From assembly GCA_963781885.1 (NCBI GenBank), contig CAWAHW010000004.1:384001-448000 (forward strand): 64,000 bases of DNA, written 5' to 3'. The stretch's first letter is position 1. Each line of letters begins with the position of its first letter. Source of the stretch: an uncultured Spirochaetota bacterium (GTDB lineage: Bacteria > Spirochaetota > Spirochaetia > SZUA-6 > Fen-1364). The notes under the pieces were generated by a model that was not told the origin of the DNA, searched no databases, and was given only the letters and a program-made list of their open reading frames with translations. This document shows positions 58,095-64,000 of the stretch, one piece after another. Both the position numbers and the translations under genes were made by a program.

Positions 58095-59405
58095 ATGCAC
58101 GCGCGCGTCATCACCTGGAGCAAACTACCCGAGCAGGAAAAAAAGAAGATACTGTCGCGCTCGGAGCAGGACATTGCCGATGTCACCCCGAAGGTCCGCC
58201 AGATCATCGATGCGGTCCGGGCCGACGGAGACGCCGCCCTGGTCCGCTACACGCGCGAGTTCAACGGCGCCGACCTGCAGGGCATGCCCCTCCGCGTGAG
58301 CGGGGCGGAAATCGAGGATGCAGAGCGCGGTCTCCCGGATGCCGTCAAGGACGCCATACGCTTCTGCGCGGCGAACGTGCGCTCCTACCACGAAAAGCAG
58401 CTCCCCGGGCCCATGACCCTCGGGGAGGTGATGCCCGGCGTCTATGCGGGAGAGCGGGCGACGCCCATCCCGTCGGTCGCCCTCTATGCCCCGCGCGGCA
58501 AAGGGAGCTTCCCCTCCTCCACGTACATGATGGCCGTGCCTGCCCAGGTTGCAGGCGTTCCCCGGGTGGTGTTGGTCACCCCGCCGGACGCGGAAGGCAA
58601 GTGCGATCCGGCGACCCTTTACGCCGCGAGCCTCTGCGGCGTGCACGAATGCTACCGGGTCGGCGGCGTCCAGGCCGTCGCGGCGCTCGCCTATGGGACG
58701 CAGAGCATCCGCGCGGTGGACAAGCTGCTCGGCCCGGGCAACCAGTACGTGACGGCAGCCAAACGGCTGCTCGTCGGCGTCGTCGACGTGGGGCTTCCTG
58801 CCGGGCCGTCCGAATCGATGATCGTCGCCGATGAGAGCGCCGATGCCCGGCTTCTGGCCCTGGACCTCATGATCGAGGCGGAGCACGGTCCCGATTCGCA
58901 GGCCCTCCTCGTAACGCCCGACACACGCTGCGCGGAAGCAGTCGCCGCCCTGCTGCCGAAGCTCGTCGGGGAGCTGCCGGAGCCCCGCCGCGGCTACGTG
59001 ACAAGAGTGATGGAAGTCTACGGCGGGGTGATTCTCACGCGCGACATGAACGAAGCGGCGGAGGTTGCCAACGACGTGGCACCCGAGCACCTGCAGATCG
59101 CCACAAAGGATCCGCTTGCCACGCTCTCTCTCATCAGAAACGCGGGAGAGGTGCTGCTGGGACAGCACACGCCTTTTTCCCTTGCCAACTACGCCGTCGG
59201 CGCCAACGCCGTTCTGCCGACCGGTGGCAAGGCGAAGACCTGCTCGCCGCTTTCGGTCCGGGATTTCATGAAATACACGTCCATCGCGTGCCTGACCGCC
59301 CCGGGGCACGAAGCGCTTCGCGACGCGGCCATCACCCTTGCCGACTACGAGGGTTTCCCCGCGCACGCCAAGGCATTGAGGGAAAGGAGAAAGAATGAGC
59401 CCTAA
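58095..59405 (+). CDS. hisD: Histidinol dehydrogenase family protein (divergent hisD2-like)
   Basis: GGVQAVAALAYGT, GPGNQYV, PAGPSE, EAEHG, APEHL, VLPTGG, EGFPAH. Confidence 0.85.
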   Translation: MHARVITWSKLPEQEKKKILSRSEQDIADVTPKVRQIIDAVRADGDAALVRYTREFNGADLQGMPLRVSGAEIEDAERGLPDAVKDAIRFCAANVRSYHEKQLPGPMTLGEVMPGVYAGERATPIPSVALYAPRGKGSFPSSTYMMAVPAQVAGVPRVVLVTPPDAEGKCDPATLYAASLCGVHECYRVGGVQAVAALAYGTQSIRAVDKLLGPGNQYVTAAKRLLVGVVDVGLPAGPSESMIVADESADARLLALDLMIEAEHGPDSQALLVTPDTRCAEAVAALLPKLVGELPEPRRGYVTRVMEVYGGVILTRDMNEAAEVANDVAPEHLQIATKDPLATLSLIRNAGEVLLGQHTPFSLANYAVGANAVLPTGGKAKTCSPLSVRDFMKYTSIACLTAPGHEALRDAAITLADYEGFPAHAKALRERRKNEP

Positions 59406-60797
59406 AACGACAACGAAAGCCGCACAGCAGAAGAGGATCCGGCGGCGCGAACCGCGGGCAAGGCGGCCACGGCGAACAGCCCCCGTGCTGAAGCACGCCC
59501 GGTCGCGTGGGTGGCGACCGCGGACATGGGATTGGGCCACCAGCGCGCCGCCTATCCCCTGCGCGACATCGCGGAGGGCGGCCTCATCACGCTGGGCCGG
59601 GCGGAGAACACCTCCGCCGCCGAGCACAAGACCTGGGAGCGCCTTCGCAAAAGCTACGAGTTCCTTTCCCGGACGAAAAGCTGGCCGGTGATCGGCAACG
59701 CGGTCTTCGGCCTCCTGGACCGGCTTCAGAACATCCCCCCCTTCTATCCGATCCGCGACCTGTCCAATGCCTCCTTCCAGGTCCGCTGGCTCAAAGGCTT
59801 GATCCAGAGCGGCATGTGCTCGGGCCTTCTGGAACAGATGAAGAAGAAGCCCCTTCCCCTGGTCACGACATTCTACGCTCCCGCCATTGCGGCGGACATG
59901 GCCGGCTATGGTCTGGTCTACTGCGTGATCTGCGACGCGGAGATCAACCGGGCGTGGGTCGCCGAGAACCCGCGGGAAAGCAAGATCACCTATCTCGCGC
60001 CGTGCGGCCGCGCCGTGCGCCGGCTGAACGAATATGGCGTGCCCAACGAGCGCATCTGGCTCACGGGATTCCCCATTCCGCTGGAGCTGATCGGCGACAA
60101 GAACCTGTCCGTGCTGAAGTGGGATTTCGGCCAGCGCCTGCGCTACCTCGACCCGCAGGAGCGCTTCTGGCCGCTGCACGGCCTGAACGTCCAGCATTTC
60201 CTGGGCCCGAAGAATTGCAAGTTCGCCAAGCAGCGCGCGCTCACGCTCACCTTCGCCGTCGGCGGGGCCGGTGCCCAGACCGACATCGCCTACAAGGTGG
60301 CCCGCAGCCTCCGCGACAAGATCGCCAAGGGCGAGGTGAAATACAACATCCTCGCGGGCATCCGCTCCGAGGTGGCATCGTACCTGGAGAGCATCAAGAA
60401 GGATCTCGCTCTTCCCCAGATCACCATCGTGGGCGGAAAGACGCTGCCGGAATACTTCGCCGGTTTCACCGAGTGCATGCGCACCACGGACCTGCTCTGG
60501 ACAAAGCCGAGCGAGCTCTCCTTCTACTGCGGCCTGGGCATCCCCATCATCATGGCGCCGCACATCGGCTCGCAGGAGGATTTCAACCAGGCATGGCTTC
60601 TGGAGATACAGGCCGGTTTCCCGCAACAGGATCCCCAATACACGCACCAGTGGCTCTCGGACTGGCTCATCGCGGGAAGACTGGCGGACGCGGCATGGAA
60701 CGGCTTCCTGAAGGCGCGCAAGTACGGCACCTACAAGATCCACGAGATACTCCAGACCGGCACGATGGAAAGGGAGACCTCGGTGCTTCGTCGATGA
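59395..60797 (+). CDS. GT-B glycosyltransferase-like protein (apparent frameshift within 59406-59500)
   Basis: AWVATADMGLGHQRAA, ICDAEINRAW, LTGFPIP, VGGAGAQ, LWTKPSELSFY, GSQE; the ATG with AGGAG RBS at 59395 is out of frame with the body, whose first in-frame start (GTG 59511) lies inside the first motif. Confidence 0.7.
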
Positions 60798-62113
60798 CAG
60801 GGGGGCTCGACACGCCGGAGGGCGTCTACTCATGGGCGGAATCCTTCACGAATCTGGAGAAGAACGCGCTTCCCGCCGACAAGCGGAACTTCCGGCTGGA
60901 GAGGATGCGGAGCCTGCTCGCGCTTTTCGGAAACCCACACGACGCGCTGCGCATCATCCACGTCGCCGGCACCAAGGGCAAGGGCTCCACGGCGGTCATG
61001 ATCGCCTCCGTGCTCCATGCCGCGGGGGTCCGCACGGGCCTGTACACCTCGCCGCACGTTCATTCGGCGACCGAGCGCATCAGCCTGCAGGGCGAGCCGC
61101 CGCGGGACGACCTGATCGTCGCGCTCGGCCGGGCGATCAAGGAGGCGGTCGACACGCTCCCCGCCGAAGGCATGCCCGGGCACTTCGCGCCGACCACCTT
61201 CGAGCTCCTTACGCTGCTCGCGTTCCTCTATTTCCGCGACGCGGGCTGCACGGATGCGGTGATCGAGGTCGGCATCGGCGGCAGGCTCGACGCGACGAAT
61301 GTCGTCGCCCCGTCCGCCTGCGTCATCACGCCGCTGGACCTCGAGCACACCGACGTCCTCGGCGACACGCTGGAGCAGATCGCTTTCGAGAAGGCGGGCA
61401 TCATCAAGGCCGGGGCGCCGGTTTTCATCGGGCTTCAAACCCCCGCCGCGCGCGAGGTTTTTCGGAAGGTGAGCGAGGAGAGGAGCGCGCCCGGCTCATT
61501 CCTGGACGACGAGATGCAGGGCATCGATGCGCGAGTGGACGCGCGCGGCACCACGTTCACCCTGCGTCTGCGGGGCGAGCCGCCCGTCGATTTCAGGCTC
61601 TCCCTGGTCGGTGAGTTCCAGGCGGAGAACGCAGCCCTGGCGTATCTCACCCTGCGCCGCACGCGCCCCGAGATCCTTCCGGCCCATTACCGTGACGGCT
61701 TCCTCGCCGCCACGCTTCCGGGGCGCATGGAAGTGCGAGGCGGCGCGCCGGTGATCGTGCTGGACGGCGCGCACACCCCGCTTGCCGTCACCCGGCTCCT
61801 CGAATCGTTTCGCAAGATTTGTCCCGGCGACTCGATCCTCATTTTCGGCTCGGTCTCCGGCAAGAAGCCGAAGGAAATGGCCGACATCCTTGCGCGGGCC
61901 TTCATGCACGTCATCATCTCCACGCCGGGCACGTTCAAGGAGAGCAACCCGCAGGAGGTGGCGGAGATTTTCAGCGCGCGCAATCCTGCCACCCGGTTGG
62001 AAAAGGATCCGCGGCAGGCCCTGGGGCTTGCGCGAAAGATTTCCGGCGGTCGGATGCCCATCCTGGTGACCGGCTCCTTCTACATGGTAGCGGAGGTACG
62101 AAAGCTCCTGTGA
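60794..62113 (+). CDS. folC: Folylpolyglutamate synthase/dihydrofolate synthase
   Basis: IHVAGTKGKGST, YTSPH, TTFELLT, EVGIGGRLDATN, EKAGIIK, PGRME, LDGAH, TGSFY. Confidence 0.93.
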   Translation: MTGGLDTPEGVYSWAESFTNLEKNALPADKRNFRLERMRSLLALFGNPHDALRIIHVAGTKGKGSTAVMIASVLHAAGVRTGLYTSPHVHSATERISLQGEPPRDDLIVALGRAIKEAVDTLPAEGMPGHFAPTTFELLTLLAFLYFRDAGCTDAVIEVGIGGRLDATNVVAPSACVITPLDLEHTDVLGDTLEQIAFEKAGIIKAGAPVFIGLQTPAAREVFRKVSEERSAPGSFLDDEMQGIDARVDARGTTFTLRLRGEPPVDFRLSLVGEFQAENAALAYLTLRRTRPEILPAHYRDGFLAATLPGRMEVRGGAPVIVLDGAHTPLAVTRLLESFRKICPGDSILIFGSVSGKKPKEMADILARAFMHVIISTPGTFKESNPQEVAEIFSARNPATRLEKDPRQALGLARKISGGRMPILVTGSFYMVAEVRKLL

Positions 62114-62658
62114 GCGGCCTTTTCATCGGCGGACGCCTGTCGGTGACGACCGGCGACATCACGCGCGTCCACGCGGACGCCATCGTGAACGCGGCGAACT
62201 CCTCCCTCCTGGGCGGCGGCGGCGTGGATGGCGCCATCCATCGGGCCGGAGGACCTTCCATTCTGGAGGAATGCCGCCGCATGCGCGCGGCGCGGTTTCC
62301 CGACGGCCTTCCCGCGGGTGATGCGGTGGAGACCACGGCGGGGTTGCTGCCCGCGCGCTGGGTCATTCATACCGTTGGCCCGATCTGGCACGGGGGAAGC
62401 GCCGGTGAGCCTGGCACGCTCGCGCGTTGCTACAGGAGCTGCCTGGAGCTTGCGGCGCGGCGGGGCGCGCAGAGCGTCGCATTCCCCGCGATATCCACCG
62501 GCGTCTACGGCTACCCGCGTGAAGGAGCCGCGCGCATCGCCGCGGATGCGATCTCCGCGTGGCTCGCGGCGAACGAGCTGCCGCGCACCGTGATGCTCGT
62601 GTTCTACTCCGGCGCGGATGAAGCGGTCTTTCTCCGCAACTCCGGCCTCCACGAATGA
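62110..62658 (+). CDS. ymdB: Macro-domain O-acetyl-ADP-ribose deacetylase (YmdB type)
   Basis: GDIT, AIVNAANSSLLGGGGVDGAIH, IHTVGP, AFPAISTGVYGYP; GTGA overlap with folC. Confidence 0.9.
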   Translation: MSGLFIGGRLSVTTGDITRVHADAIVNAANSSLLGGGGVDGAIHRAGGPSILEECRRMRAARFPDGLPAGDAVETTAGLLPARWVIHTVGPIWHGGSAGEPGTLARCYRSCLELAARRGAQSVAFPAISTGVYGYPREGAARIAADAISAWLAANELPRTVMLVFYSGADEAVFLRNSGLHE

Positions 62659-64000
62659 GCGACGCTGCCCCTGCCCCTCGACCCCTTCCCACGTCGCTGA
62701 ACTGGAAGGAGATCGACCTCGTCCTCTCCGAGATGACCCTGCCCGGCAGCCTCATCCAGGAGGTGCATCAACCCCGGCACGACAGATTCGTGCTCACCCT
62801 CTTCCGCGCGGGCGCGTCGTCCATGCTGTTCGTGTCCCTTTCCGCGCGGCTTCCGCGCATGCACATGATCGTGAACAAGCTCGCCAACCCGGAGAAGCCT
62901 TATCGCTTCGCTTCATTCCTGCGGGCGCATATCCGCGGCGGAAGGATAGAGAGCGCGGAGCAGGTGCGGCGGGACGGCGCGGGAGCCGCGGCTGACACGC
63001 CGCTTCCCGGCGAGCGCATCGTGAAGATCGTCATCCTGCGCGGCGGGGAGAAAAAGGTGCTCTGGGTGCGCCTGTGGGGAGCGGCCGCGAATGCCCTCCT
63101 CACCGACACGGACAACGTGATACTCGACGCATTCTATCGACGGCCGAAAAAGGGGGAGGTATCCGGTTCGCCCTTCGATCCTCTTCCACCGGCGCGCGCG
63201 CGCGCCGCGGGTGCGGAGCCGCAGAAGGAGTTCTCCGTCCGCGATCTTCCCGGACCGGGAACGTTCAATGAGAGGCTGGAGGCGTGCCTCAACGAGGCCG
63301 AGAACCGCGGTGACGTGGAAAAAGCCACCGTGCAGGCCGACGGGGAGCTCGAGATCTCTGAGAACAAGGTGCTCGCCAACCTGGAAAAGCTCACACGGAG
63401 GATTGCCGAATACGCCGGCGTCGAGCGCTTCCGGGAGCTGGGCGACATCGTCACCAGCAACATCCACGCGATCGGCAAGGGCGACAGGTGGCTGCACGCG
63501 GTGGATTTCTTCCATTTGGACGCGCCGGTGGACATCGAGCTCGCCCCGGAGCTCACCCCGGCGCAGAACGCGGAAGCCTATTACGACCGTCACAGGAAGG
63601 CGCGGCTTGGCAAGGGCAAGGTGGAGGAAGAGATCGCGCATCTCACCCGGACCCTCAAAAGGATACGGGCGCAGCGTGCGGCGCTGTCAGAGACGCCCGA
63701 TCCCGCGGCGCTCGGCCGGGTGGCGGAAAAGGCCGTGCGCGCCCGCGCGCCCTTGCGGGAACAGAGCATGCCGGGCCTCGTGTTCCTGTCCCCGCCGTAC
63801 CGGATCATCGTTGGGCGCACCGCCGCGGAAAACGACGAGCTCCTGCGAAGGAAGGTGCGCGGCAACGACTGGTGGTTTCACGCCCGCGACTGGCCCGGCG
63901 CATATGTGTTCGTCAAGGCGCAGCCCGGCAAGAGCCTGCCGCTCGCGACGATGCTCGACGCGGCGACGCTCGCCCTGCATTTTTCCCGGGGAAAATCCTC
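62655..64000 (+). CDS. rqcH: RqcH/NFACT (FbpA-like) ribosome quality-control protein, runs off the window
   Basis: Manual translation: SLNWKEIDLVL, FASFLRAHI, ERIV, RLWGAAAN, LTPAQNAEAYY, IVGRTAAENDELL, DWWFHARDWPGAYVFV. Confidence 0.88.
   Translation, partial: MSDAAPAPRPLPTSLNWKEIDLVLSEMTLPGSLIQEVHQPRHDRFVLTLFRAGASSMLFVSLSARLPRMHMIVNKLANPEKPYRFASFLRAHIRGGRIESAEQVRRDGAGAAADTPLPGERIVKIVILRGGEKKVLWVRLWGAAANALLTDTDNVILDAFYRRPKKGEVSGSPFDPLPPARARAAGAEPQKEFSVRDLPGPGTFNERLEACLNEAENRGDVEKATVQADGELEISENKVLANLEKLTRRIAEYAGVERFRELGDIVTSNIHAIGKGDRWLHAVDFFHLDAPVDIELAPELTPAQNAEAYYDRHRKARLGKGKVEEEIAHLTRTLKRIRAQRAALSETPDPAALGRVAEKAVRARAPLREQSMPGLVFLSPPYRIIVGRTAAENDELLRRKVRGNDWWFHARDWPGAYVFVKAQPGKSLPLATMLDAATLALHFSRGKS

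Noticed and set aside
59403-59511. Stop-codon readthrough fusing HisD to the in-frame GT-like ORF
   Set aside because: The stop is TAA, and a separate RBS plus ATG at 59395 with a single indel explains it more simply given five other indels.
58125-60833. 902-aa minus-strand ORF, and similar long antisense ORFs (e.g. 3939-5633, 37376-39169, 47501-49357)
   Set aside because: Shadow ORFs opposite well-supported genes in high-GC DNA; no recognisable motifs.
59507-62113. 868-aa ORF suggesting a long FolC fusion
   Set aside because: The upstream half overlaps the GT-like gene out of frame; folC starts at 60794 with an ATGA overlap.
62110-64000. Macrodomain plus NFACT as an anti-phage or toxin system
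   Set aside because: Both look like ordinary housekeeping YmdB and RqcH in a folC operon; no ADP-ribosyltransferase or other defence gene is adjacent within the window.
1-64000. tRNA, rRNA, integrase, transposase or prophage genes
   Set aside because: None recognised; intergenic gaps are short and explained by promoters, terminators or the repeats listed.

Overview
High-GC bacterial chromosomal segment with about 55 protein genes and no rRNA, tRNA, CRISPR array or transposase that I can see. The RqcH/NFACT N-terminus and the C-terminally extended Pyk suggest a free-living spirochaete (inference only). Content in order: partial APC permease; exbB-exbD; two LiaF-like envelope genes; a UbiA/MenA prenyltransferase; a complete reductive pyrimidine catabolism locus (preT-preA-hydA-M20 ureidopropionase-aminotransferase, a divergent nitrilase-type ureidopropionase, NCS1 transporter, mmsA); gdhA coupled to a PEP-synthase-like ATP-grasp protein; a secreted M16 peptidase pair; a psuK-psuG-moxR-DUF58-membrane-moxR operon; amidohydrolase; xylB; a protease-moxR-DUF58-VWA operon; an ECF sigma/anti-sigma/secreted caspase-like protease/beta-barrel module; mannitol-DH-like, MutS-like, pyk, DUF6600-like and ABC genes; an archaeal-like dnaK-dnaJ pair; and a hisD-paralogue-glycosyltransferase-like-folC-macrodomain-rqcH run. 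Six genes carry apparent single-base frameshifts, most likely sequencing indels. Best candidates for novelty: (1) the ECF/anti-sigma/exported caspase module, (2) a dispersed GTAG-led structured repeat whose stems covary across copies, two of which flank dnaK in inverted orientation, and (3) the GDH-coupled PEP-synthase-like protein. All family assignments are from motif recognition, not database searches.
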